This document shows positions 11,158-22,841 of a stretch of 64,000 nt of DNA, one piece after another. The stretch comes from Squalus acanthias (Eukaryota): the NCBI GenBank assembly GCA_030390025.1, contig CM059431.1, positions 147,872,001 through 147,936,000 on the forward strand. The letters are read 5' to 3'. Numbering within the stretch: the stretch's first letter is position 1; every line of letters begins with the position of its first letter. The notes under the pieces were generated by a model. That model was not told the origin of the DNA and did no database searches. It worked only from the letters and a program-made list of their open reading frames with translations. The position numbers and the translations under genes were made by a program.

Positions 11158-11714
11158 GCTTGGCAGCAAAATGGATTCACAGGTCTCTCCAGGCCGAGAT
11201 TCAAGGCTGCAATGAGCAGGGTGTGGCTGGGGAGCAAGTGCCCCCCCCCCCCCGCTTTAAGAAGTGGCCGGCGCCAGTGTGTCTGTGTTCCCTCGCTAAC
11301 TGGCAGCAGCTGCGCTGCGCTCGCGCGCTGAGTTAGCGCCTCACTCCTTGGCCTTTGCGCCTTAAGACATGTGTGCAGCGCCTGCTTTAGCACTCCACTC
11401 ACCTCCCGGGGCGGTAAAAGTGAAGTTTCCAGTCAGTGCCGATAATTAGCGCCAGGCGCTAATATTTGCGTCCAGACGATATTTGCGCCCCAAATGGGGC
11501 GCGACCTAATTTCTACCCCTATGATTACATGGCACCGACAAAGTTATCTCTGGCACTTTCGTTGAGTATATTCAAGGCTGAGTTAGATAGATTTTTGGAC
11601 ACTGGCAGAATCAAGGGATATGGGGATCGGGCGAGAAGGTGGAGTTCAGGTAGACGATCATCCATAATATTATTGAAAGGTGAAGCAGTCTCGAGGTGTC
11701 GTATGTCCTGGAGC

Positions 11715-14700
11715 GGGGAGGTTTGCTAGTGTTGTTGGGGAGGTTTAAACTAGCTCGGCAGGGGGATGGGCACCAGCATATAGAAGTAGAAAAGGAGAAC
11801 AAAAGAGTGAGTGTGTTGGAAAGTGCTCGAGAAGAAAGTATTAGTGGAGCCGGAAGTAGAACAATATTAGATAGGAGCAGACTAAGAGAGACAACGAAAA
11901 ATTCAAAAATGGGTTTAGAATGCATGTACGTAAATGCACAAAGTGTGGTGAATAATGTTGGTGAGCTACAAACTAAATTAGCAGTGTGTCAATATAATGT
12001 CGTGGCAATAACGGAAACGTGGCTTAAAAATGGTGAGGACTGGGCGCTTAATATTCAAGGGTACAAGATTGTTCAGAAAAGATAGGGATGGAACAAAGGG
12101 AGGTGGGGTGGCAGGGCTGATTAAGGAAGTCATTTTAGTGTTGGAAAGGGAGGATGTTCTTGAGGGGACAAAGACATAATTCATTTGTTTAGCGTTGAGG
12201 AGCAAAAAGTGTATGATCATGCTATTGGGGGTATTCTACAGGCTTCCAAATAGTGAGAGGGAGGTAGAGGAGCAAATCTGCAGGGAAATCGCAGAGATAT
12301 GTAAGAGCTATAGATTGGTGTTATTGGGGGACTTTAATTAACCAATTATCGATTGGGATAATGCTAGCATAAAGGGAAAGAAGGGGCAGAAATTTTTGAA
12401 ATGTGTTCAGCAGAATTTCCTTGACCAATATGTTCTTGGACAACTAGGAAGGAGGCATTGCTGGATGTGGTGCTGGGGAATGAGGTGGGCCAGGTCGACC
12501 AAGTGGCTGTAGAAGAACACTTGGGTACGAGTGATTATCGTATCATAAGATTTAGATCAGCAATGGAGAGGAGCAAGTGGCAATCTAGCGTGGAAATTCT
12601 GAACTGGAATAGAGCTAACTTCAATGTAATACGAAAGGATCTAGTTAGTGTAACATGGAACCAAAGAATGACAGGAAAAATTGAAATGGAACAATGGGTG
12701 ATCATTAAGGAGGAGATGTTCCAAGTACAGGCTTGGTTCATTCCAACAAGAGGGATGGGAAAAGGAGACAAAGCAAGGGCTCCTTGGATGACGAGTGAGT
12801 TAGTGAAAATGATGAAACAAAAAACGAGGGTGTATGATGCATGTCAGGTGAATTCTTCAAATAGAACCAGACCAAATACAATAAGTTGTGAAGGGAAGTG
12901 AACATGAAAATACGATTGGCAAAGAGAGAATATGAGAGTAGAATTCCGGTTAACATAAAAGCAAACCCAAAATTCTTCTACCGGCATGTAAACAGTAAGC
13001 GGGTAGTAAGTGGCGGGGTGATGTATATTATGGACAAATAAGGTGTTATATGCTCAGAGGCGCAGGACAAGGCTAGGATACTCAATCAGTACTTTGTATC
13101 GGTGATTACAAAGGAGGTGGATGCTGACGAAATATCAGTAGAAGTGGAAAATATAGAAGCAATGGAAGGGGTGAAAATTGATAGATAGGATGTACTAGAA
13201 AGGCTGGGTATGCTTAGAGTGTATAATTCGCCTGTCCAGATGACTTAGATCCCAGCTTTCTAAGGGAATTGGGGGAGGAGATAGCTTGCCATAATTTTCC
13301 AATCTTCCCTTAATGTGGGGGAGATGCCTGAGGATTGGAAAGTGGCAAATGTGACACCATTGTTCAAGAAAGGGTGTAAGGAAAATCCTTTTAACTACAG
13401 GCCGGTGAGTTTAACACCAGTGGTGGGTAAAGTTTTAGAAACAGTAATCAAGGAGACGATTAACGGGCACTTGGTGAGGTTTAAGCTAATTGAGGAGATA
13501 GAACACGGATTTGTGAAAGGCCGATCGTGTTTGTAAAATCTAATTGAATTTTTGATGTAATAACAGATAAGATTAATGAAGGGACTGCAATGGATATTGT
13601 ATACATGAATTTTTGGAAGGCGTTTGAAAAAGTACTACATGGAAGGCTGGTTAAGAAAATTGAGGTTCATGGAATAGGTGGATCAGTGGCAGCTTGGACA
13701 ATGAATTGGCTTAAGGACATAAAACAGCGAGTTGTGGTAAATGGCTGTTTTTCAGATTGGAGGATGGTAGACAGTGGTGTTCTCCAAGGGTCAGTGCGGT
13801 GGCCACTGCTTTTTCGATATATATAAATGACGTGGATATTGGAATAGAGATAAGAATTTCTAAATTTGTCGATGACACCAAACTTGGTGGTGTGGCTAAC
13901 AGTGAGGATGATAGCAATCGACTGCAACAGGACATAGAAAGGCTCGCAGAATAGGCAGACAAGTGGCAGATACAATTAAATACATAGAAGTGTGAGGTGA
14001 TGCATTTTTGGCAGAAGGAACAGAGAGAGGCATTATACACTTAAAATGTTTAAAGAGTGTGCATTGACTGAGGGACCTGGGAGTTAATGTGCAAAGTTTC
14101 CTGAAGTTGGCCGGACATATTGAGAGAATGATTAGGAAACAATATGGGATCTTGGGCTCAATAAATAGACATATTGAGTACAAAAGAAAAGAAGGTATCT
14201 GAAACGTTATAAAACGCTGGTTAGGCCACAAATGGAGCATTGCATCCAGTTCTGGCAGAGGAGATTTACCAGCATGGTTCCAGTGATGGGGGATCTTAGC
14301 TACAAGGACAGGTTGCAGAAGCTGGAAATGTTTTAATTAGAGCAAAGGAGATTGCGAGATGATTTGATAGAGGTGTACAAGATTATGACAGGTTTGGATA
14401 GGCTAGACCGGGAAAGGATGTTCCCACTAGGTGATGGTATAAGACTAGAGGACACAGATTTAAGGTTTTGGTCAAGAGATATAGGGGGGATGTGAGGAAA
14501 AACTTTTTTACGCAGCGAGTGCTGGGGACCTGAAACTCACTGCTGACAGAACTGGTAGAAGCGGTGACACTCAATGTTTTCAAGGGAAGACTGGATAGGC
14601 ACTTGAGGGAATAATCTTGCAGGGCTACAGGAATAGAGCAGGGGAATGGGAATGACTGGATTGCTCTACATGATAGCCGGCACGGACTCTATGGGCGGAA

Positions 14701-14733
14701 TAGCTTCATTCTGTGCCGTTATGACTTTATGAC
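11715..14733 (+). mobile_element. CR1 LINE, 5'-truncated, decayed ORF2 (endonuclease + RT)
   Basis: LECMYVNAQS, VVAITETWL, LDVVLGNE...SDY, PEDWKVANVTPLFKKG, NYRPVSLT, KFVDDTKLGG. Many stops and frameshifts. 3' tail ATGACTTTATGACTTT. Confidence 0.92.
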
Positions 14734-16455
14734 TTTGTATCGGTGTTTACTAAGGAGGTGGATGCTGATAAAATATCGGTAGACGTGGAAAAGATAGAAT
14801 GAATGAAGGGTTTGTAAATTGACAGACAGGATTTACTAGAAAGGCTGGTTATGCTTAGAGTGGACAAGTCGCCTAGTCCAGATGACTTGCATCCCAGGTT
14901 GCTAAGGGAATTGGGGGAGGACATAACGGATGGGCTTACCATATTTTTCCAATCTTCCCTAGATGCCCGGGAGATGCCCGAGGATTGGAAATTGTCAAAT
15001 ATGATACCATTGTTCAAGAAAGGGTGTAAGGACAATTCCAGTAACTACAGCCGGCCAGTTTAACATCAGTGGTGGGGAAAGTTTTAGAAATAATCAAGGA
15101 AAAAAATAATGGACACTTGCAGTGGTTTAAGCTAACTAAGGAGAACCAACATAGATTTGTAAAAGGCAGATCGTGTTTGATAAATCGAACTGAAATTTGT
15201 GATGAAGTAACAGAGAGGATTAATGAAGGGAATGCAATGGATGTTTTCTACATGAATTTTCGGAAGGCGTTTGACAAAGTACCACATAGAAGGCTGGTTA
15301 ACAAAATTGAGGTTCATGGAATAGCTGGGTCAGTGGCAGCTTGGATAATGAATTGGCTTAAGGACATAAACGAGCAAGTTTTGGTGAATGGCTGTTTTTC
15401 AGATTGCGGGATGGTAGACATTGGTGTTCTGCAAGGATCGGTGCTGGAGACACTGCATTTTTGATATATAGAAATGACTTGGATATTGGAATACAGAGTA
15501 GAGTTTCTAAATTTGCTGATGACAACAAACTTGGTGGCGTGGCTAACAGTGAGGATGCTACCAATCAACTGCAAAAGGACATAGAAAGGCTAGCAGTTTG
15601 AGCAGACAAGTGGCAGATAGAATTTAATACAGAGAAGTGTGAGGTGATGCATTTTGGCAGAAGGAACAAGGGAAATCAATATTCACAGAATGGCTCAAAT
15701 TTAAGAAGTGTGCAGAGACAGAGGGACCTGGGAATTAATGTACATAGATCCCTGAAGGTGGAATAACATATTGAGAGAGTGGTTAGCAAAGCATATGGAA
15801 TCTTGTGCTTCATAAATAGAGGTTTTGAGGGCAAAAGTAGAGATGTTGTGCTGACCAGTTATAAAGCACTGCTTAGGCCACAATTGGTGGATTGTGTCCA
15901 GTTCTTTTCACCACACTTTAGGAAGGGTGAAAAGGCGTTTGAGAGGGTGCAAAGGAGATTTACAGAATGGTTCCGATGATGGGGGATCTTAGCTACAAGG
16001 ATAGGCTGGAGAAGCTGGATTTGATTTCATTGGAGCAAAGAAGGTTGAGGGGTGATTTGATAGAGGTGTACAAAATTATGACGGGTTTGGATAGGCAAGA
16101 CGGGGAAAGGCAGTTCCCACTAATTAGTGGTACAAGGACTAGGGGACACAGCTTTAAGGTTTTGTGCAAGATATGCAGGGAGAACGTGAGAAAAAATTAT
16201 TTACGCAGCGATTGGTGAGGTCCTGGCATTCACTGCCGATGGAAGTGGTGGAGACGGAGACACTCAATGTTTTCAAGGGGAGACTGGATAGACACTTGAG
16301 GGATATAAACTTGCAGGGCTACGGGGATAGAGCGGGAGAATGGGACTGACTGAATTTCTCTACAGAGAGCCGGCACGTAATCGTTGGGCCGAATGGCCTC
16401 CATCTGTGCCGTATGAGTCGATGAATATGACTCGATGAATCTTTGACTCTTTGAC
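14734..16455 (+). mobile_element. Second CR1 LINE of the same family, head-to-tail, starting mid-ORF2
   Basis: Repeats the region from about 13091 onward with divergence: DKSPSPDDLHPRLLREL, KAFDKVPH, KFADDNKLGG, and its own 3'UTR/tail. Confidence 0.9.
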
Positions 16456-19400
16456 ACATGTTCCTAATTCTTATGTTCTTTTGTAGAGTAGGGTTATCAT
16501 CAGAAATGTTAAAGTGTCGTTATTAACTCATAGGTTAATGTATAGTCATCAACGATAATGATAGAATAGGGTTACCACCAAAAGTGTTAGAGTTGGCTGA
16601 CCACCAGTAATGATAGTGTAGATTCGTCATCGGTAATGTTGCTGTTCGGTCACCACAAGTATTGTTACATTAAGGTCACCGCCAAAGACATGAGAATATA
16701 GTCACCAGAAGCAAAGTTAGAGTGGTGTCAATACAAGTAACGATAGAGTATAGTCCTCACCAGCAGAATAACAACCAGCAATACTAGAATAAAGTCCTCA
16801 AAAATTATGTCAGTGTACGGCCATTACCATTCATGTTAGAGTAGGGGGATTACCAGCAATTTTACAATAAGACTACCACCAGTAATGTTAGATTAGAATT
16901 GCCACCCGTAATGGTAGACTAGTGTCACCACCAGTAATATTAGAGTAGAGACACCTCCAGTAATTTTAGAGTAGGATCACCACCAGTAATATTAGAGTAG
17001 AGTCACCATCAGTAATTTTAGTGAAGAACACCACCAGTAATGTCACAGTAGGGTCACCAGCAGTAAATTTAGTGTAAGGTCACGTTCAGTAATGTTAGTG
17101 TTGGTTCACCGCCAATAATGTTAGAGTAGCGTCACCACCAGTAATGTTAGATTTGATTCAACTCCAGTAATGTTAGAGTAGGGTCACCACCAGTAATGTT
17201 ACAGTAGGGTCACCACCACTTATGTTAGAGTAGAGTCACCACCAGTAATGTAACAGTAAGGTCACTACCAGTAAATTTAGTGTACAGTTACCGCCAGTAA
17301 TGTTAGTGTTGGTTCACCTCCAGTAATCTTAGAGTAGGGTCTCCGCCAGTAATGTTAGAGTAGCGTCACCAACAGTAATGTTATAGTTGGTTCACCTCCA
17401 GTACCGTTAGAATAGGGTCTCTGCAGTAATGTTACAGTAGAGTCACAGGCAGTAATGCTACAGAAGAGCCAGTACCAGGAAAGGTAGTGTACGGTCACCA
17501 CCAGTACTGTTAGAGTTGGTCCACTGCCAGTAATGTTACAGCAGGGTCGCCAAAAGTAATGTTAGAGTAGGGTCACCACTAGTAATGATAGTATAGAGTC
17601 ACCACCAGTATAATTAGAGTAGAGTCACCACCAGTAATGTTAGAGTAGAGTCACCACCAGTAATGCTAGAGTAGATTCAACACCAGTAAAGTTAGAATAG
17701 GGTCACCATAATTTATGTTAGAGTAGAGTCACCACCAGTATAATTAGAGTAGAGTCACCAACAATAATGTTACACTAGGGTCACTACCAGTAAAGTTAGT
17801 GTACAGTCAAGATCCAGTACCGTTAGATGTTGGTTCCCCACCAGTAATGTTAGAGCAGGGTCACCACCAATAATGTTAGAGTAGAGTCGCGAACATTAAT
17901 GATAGAGGAGGGTCAACACCAGTAATGTAGGAGTAGATTCACCACCAGTAATTTTAGAGAAGAATCACCACCAGTAATGTAACAGTAGGGTCACCAGCAG
18001 TAAAGTTAGTGTAAGGTCACGGTCAGTAATGTTAGTGTTGGTTCACCTCCATTAATGTTGGAGCAGGCCACCGCCAGTAATGTTAGAGTAGCGTCACCAC
18101 CAGTAATGTTATATTTCGTTCAACTCCAGTAATGTTACAGTAGGTTCACCACCAGTAATGTTACAGTAGGGTCACCACCAATTATGTTAGAGTAGAGTCA
18201 CCACCAGTAATGTTAGAGTAGGGTCACCACCAGTAATGTTACAGTAGGGTCACCACCACTTATGTTAGAGTAGAGTCACCACCAGTAATGTAACAGTAAG
18301 GTCACTACCAGTAAATTTAGTGTACAGTTACCGCCAGTAATGTTAGTGTTGGTTCACCTCTAGTATTCTTAGAGAAGGGTCTCCGCCAGTAATGTTAGAG
18401 TAGCGTCACCAACATTAATGTTATAGTTGGTTCACCTCCAGTACCGTTAGAATAGGGTCTCTGCAGTAATGTTACAGTAGAGTCACAGGCAGTAATGCTA
18501 CAGAAGAGCCACTACCAGGAAAGGTAGTGTACGGTCACCACCAGTACTGTTAGAGTTGGTCCACTACCAGTAATGTTACAGCAGGGTCGCCAAAAGTAAT
18601 GTTACAGTAGGGTCACAACTAGTAATGATAGTGTAGAGTCACCACCAGTATAATTAGAGTAGAGTCACCACCAGTAATGTTAGAGTAGAGTCACCACCAG
18701 TAATGCTAGAGTAGATTCAACACCAGTAATGTTAGAGTAGGGTCACCATAATTTATGTTAGAGTAGAGTCACCACCAGTATAATCAGAGTAGAGTCACCA
18801 ACAATAATGTTACACTAGGGTCACTACCAGTAAAGTTAGTGTACAGTCAAGATCCAGTACCGTTAGATGTTGGTTCACCGCTAGTAATGTTAGAGTAAGG
18901 TCACTGCCAGCAATGTTAGAGTTGGTTCCCCACCAGTAATGTTAGAGCAGGGTCACCACCAATAATGTTAGAGTAGAGTCGCGAACATTAATGATAGAGG
19001 AGGGTCAACACCAGTAATGTAGGAGTAGAATCACCACCAGTAATCTTAGAGTAGAGACACCAGCAGTAATGTTAGAGTAGGGTCACCGCCAGTATTGTTA
19101 GAGTAGGGTCACCAGCAGTAATGTTTGAGCAGGGTCACCATCAGTAATGTTAGAGTAGGGTCACCGCCAGTATTGTTAGAGTAGGGCCACCGCAAGTACT
19201 GTAAGAGTAGGGTCACCACCAGAAATGTTAGAGTACAGTTAGCACCAGTCATGTTAGAGTAGGTTCAACAGCGGTAATGTTACAGTAGATTCACTATCAT
19301 TAATGTTAGAGTAGGGTCACTATCAGTAATGTTAGAGTAGGGTCACCTGCAGTAATGTCAGAGTAGGGTCCCCGCCAGTAATGTTAGAGTAGGGTCACCA

Positions 19401-21569
19401 CCAGTAATGTTAGAGAAGGGTCATTACCAATAATGTTAGAGTAGAATCACCACTATTAACGTTAGAGTAGGGACAGCGCCAGTAATACTAGAGTAGAGTC
19501 ACCACCAGTAAAATTTGAGCAGATTCACCACCAGTAATGTTAGTGTAGGGTCTCTACCAAAAAGGTTAGTGTACAGTCACCAGCAGTATTGTTAGAGTTG
19601 GTTCACCTGCAGTATTTTTAGAATACGGTCACCATCATTAATGTTACAGTCGGTTCACCTCCAGTAATGTAAGAGTAGTGTCACCACCAGTAATGTTTGA
19701 GTAGATTCACCACCAGTAAAGTTCGAGTAGAGTCACCACCAGTAATGTTAGAGTAGAGTCACCACCAGTAATGTTAGTGTAGAGTTACCACCAGTAATGT
19801 TAGAGTTGAGACTCTACCAATAATGTTAGTGTGCAGTCACCACCAGTACCGTCAGTGTTGGCTCATCTGCAGTAATGTTAGAGTATGGTCACCACCAGTA
19901 ATGTTAGCGTAGAGTCACCACAATTAATGTTAGCTTAGGGTCACCACGAGTAATGTTTGAGTGGGGTCACCACCCGCATTGTTAGAGTAGGGTCACCACC
20001 AGTAATCTAGCAGTAGAGTAACTAACCGTAAAGTTAATGTACGGTCACCACCAGTTTTGTTGGAGTTGGTTCCCTACCAGTAATGTTACAGTATGGTCAC
20101 CACCAGTAATGATAGAGTAGGGTCACCACCAGTAATGCTTGAGTAGGGTCACCACCAGTAATGTTAGAGTAGAGTCACCACCAGTAATGTTAGAGTAGAG
20201 TCACCACCAGTAATGTAACAGTAAGTTCACTGCCAGCAATGTTAGAGTACAGTCACCACCAGTAATGTTGTAGTACATTCATTACCATTAATGTTAGAAC
20301 AGGGTCACCACCTGTAATGTTTATGTAGTGACACCAGCAGTAATGTTAGAGTAGGTTGACCACCAGTAATGTTAGAGCAGATTCACCGACAGTAAGGTTA
20401 GGGAAGGGACACCGTCAGTAATGTTAGAGTACGGTCACACCAGTAATGTAAGAGTACAGTCACCACCAGTAATATTAGAGCAGAGTCAACACCAGTAATG
20501 TGAGAATAGGGTCTCCACCAGTAATGTTAGAGTAGATTCACCACCATTAATGTTAGAGAATAGTCACCACTATTAATGTTATAGTAGGGTCACCAGCATT
20601 AATGTTAGCGTAGGATCACCGCCAGTAACGTAAGAGTAGTGTCACCGAATGTAATCTTAGAATACAGTCACCACCAGTAATGTTAAAGTAGAGTCAACAA
20701 CAGTAATGTTAGTGTAGAGTCACCACCAGTAATGTTAGAGTAGAGTAACCACCAGTACAATTTGAGCAGATTCACCACCAGTAATGTTAGAGTAGGGTCT
20801 CTACCAAAAAAGTTAGTGTACAGTCACCAACAGTACCGTTAGAGTTGGTTCACCTGCAGTAATTTAAGAATACGGTCACCATCATTAATGTTACAGTCGG
20901 TTCACCACCAGTAATGTTTGTGTAGAGTCACCAGCAGTAATGTTAGTGTAGAGTCACCAGCAGTATTGTTAGAGTAGAGTGACCACCAGTAATGTTAGAG
21001 TAGAGTCACCACCAGTAATGTTAGTGTAGAGTCATCGCCAGTAATGTTAGAGTACGGGTCTCTACCAATAAAGTTAGTGTACGGTCACCACCAGTACCGT
21101 TAGTGTTGGCTCACCTGCAGTAATGATAGAGTATTGTCACCACCAGTAATGTTAGCGTAGAGTCACCACAATTAATGTTAGCTTAGGATCACCACCAGTA
21201 ATGTTTGAGTTGGCTCACCACCAGTAATGTTAGAGTAGGGTCACCACCAGTAATATAGCAGTAGATTCACTAACCGTAAAGTTAATGTACGGTCACCACC
21301 AGTATTGTTGGAGTTGGTTCACCACCAGTAATGTTAAAGTTGGGTCACCATCAGTAATGACAGAGTAGGGTCACCACCAGTAATATTGCAGTAGAGTCAT
21401 TACCATTAATGTTAGAACAGGGTCACCACCTGTAATGTTTGTGTAGGGTCACCACCACTAATTTTAGAGTAGGGTGACCACCAGTAATGTTAGAGTAGAG
21501 TCAACGACAGTAAGGTTAGGGAAGGGCTACCATCAGTAATATAGAGCAGGGTCACCACCAGCAATGTTA

Positions 21570-21998
21570 GGCAACACGGTGGCATAGTAGTTAGCACTGG
21601 TGCCTCACAGCGCCAGAGACCCGCGTTCGAATCTGACCTCAGGTGACTGTCTGTGTGGAGTTTGCACATTCTCCCCGTGTCTGCGTGGGTTTCCTCCGGG
21701 TGCTCCGGTTTCCTCCCACAGTCCAAAAATGTGTGGGTTAGGTTGATTTGGCTATGATAAATTGACCCTTAGTGTTAGGGGGGGATTAAATATGTAGGGT
21801 TATGGGGATAGGATGGGATATGTTAGGGGAAATTAAATACGTGGGGTTACGGGGGTAGGGTGGGATATGTGTACTGTGGGGATTAAAGCAGGGACAGGGT
21901 ACTGGATTTGGATGATCAGCCATGATCGTATTGAATGGTGGAGCAGGCTCGACGGGCCGAATGACCTACTCCTGCTCCTAGATTCTATGTTTCTATGT
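21570..21998 (+). mobile_element. tRNA-derived V-SINE (HE1-like) with CR1-derived tail
   Basis: tRNA-like head GGCAACACGGTGGCATAGTAGTTAGCAC...GTTCGAATC. V-domain TGTGTGGAGTTTGCACATTCTCCCCGTGTCTGCGTGGGTTTCCTCCGGGTGCTCCGGTTTCCTCCCACA. CR1 3' end and TTCTATGTTTCTATGTT tail. Possible ATGTTA TSD. Confidence 0.88.
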
Positions 21999-22477
21999 TA
22001 ATAGGGATTCCACCAGTTATGTTAGAGTAGATTCACCACCATTAATGTTAGAGAAGAGTCACCACTATTAATATTATAGTAGGGTCACCACCAATAATGT
22101 TTGAGTAGGGTCACCAGTATTAATGTTAGTGTAGGGTGACCACAGTATTGTTAGAGTAGGATCACCGCCAGCAATCTTAGAATAGAGTCAGTATTATTAC
22201 TGTTACAGTAGGGCAACCGCCAGTAACGTAAGAGTAGGGTAACAAATGTAATCTTAGAATACAGTCACCATCAGTAATGTTAAAGTAGAGTCAACAACAG
22301 TAATGTTAGATTATTGTCACCACCAGTTTCTGCTAGTGTAGAGTCCCCAACAGTAATGTTAGACTAGAGTCAACAACAGTAAAGTTAGAGTAGATTCACC
22401 ACCAGTAATGTAATTCCAGAGTCACCACCAGTAATGTTAGAGTAGGATTACCACTATTAATGTTAGAGTAGAGTCAC

Positions 22478-22841
22478 GCTACAGAACCTGACTTGACATC
22501 GTTGTCTGTCTTTCCAGTTTTTAAAAAACAAACACAAAAAAACCCCAAAAAACAAACCCCAAAAAAGACGGAGAGAGAGGAAGGGATATGGAGAGAGATC
22601 TGCTGCAGACAGCAGGATTTGACACGTTGGACCCCTGGCACACATCTCATTGTCTTGGCTGTGCTCTTGGTGTGTCTTTCATGTAAGGAAAGATTGTGTC
22701 TCTGCAGTATCTGTGTTTATATTCTGTGAACTTTTGTAGATTCACTCATTATAACTTTACCTGAAGAAGGGGCGATAGCTCCGAAAGCTTGTAATTTTAA
22801 ATAAATCTGTTGGACTATAACCTGTTGTTGTGCGACTTCTC
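22478..22841 (+). mobile_element. Penelope-like element terminal repeat (pLTR) fragment inserted in the satellite
   Basis: Non-satellite block ending CTGAAGAAGGGGCGATAGCTCCGAAAGCTTGT...AATAAA...GTTGGACTATAACCTGTTGTTGTGCGACTTCT. A hammerhead core plus poly(A) signal is typical of Penelope pLTRs. Confidence 0.7.
22757..22794 (+). ncRNA. Minimal type I hammerhead ribozyme motif
   Basis: Stem I TTAC/GTAA. Core CTGAAGA. Stem II GGGGC-GATA-GCTCC. GAAA. Palindromic AAGCTT in place of stem III. Confidence 0.7.

Larger units (their letters stand above)
7255..11519 (+). mobile_element. Full-length PIF/Harbinger DNA transposon (4265 bp)
   Basis: TIRs GGGGTAAAAATT (7255) and AATTTCTACCCC (ending 11519). 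3-bp TSD TAT at 7252-7254 and 11520-11522. Convergent transposase and Myb/SANT genes. GC-rich subterminal repeats. Inserted in the CTATGA-type tail of a CR1-like 3' end. Confidence 0.93.

Noticed and set aside
10414..11169. 251-aa single-exon ORF with YSKGYSPMGGTSGKTMAA repeats as the real protein
   Set aside because: It reads through a canonical GTGAGT donor at 10920. The repeats lie in an intron, and exon 2 homology resumes in another frame.
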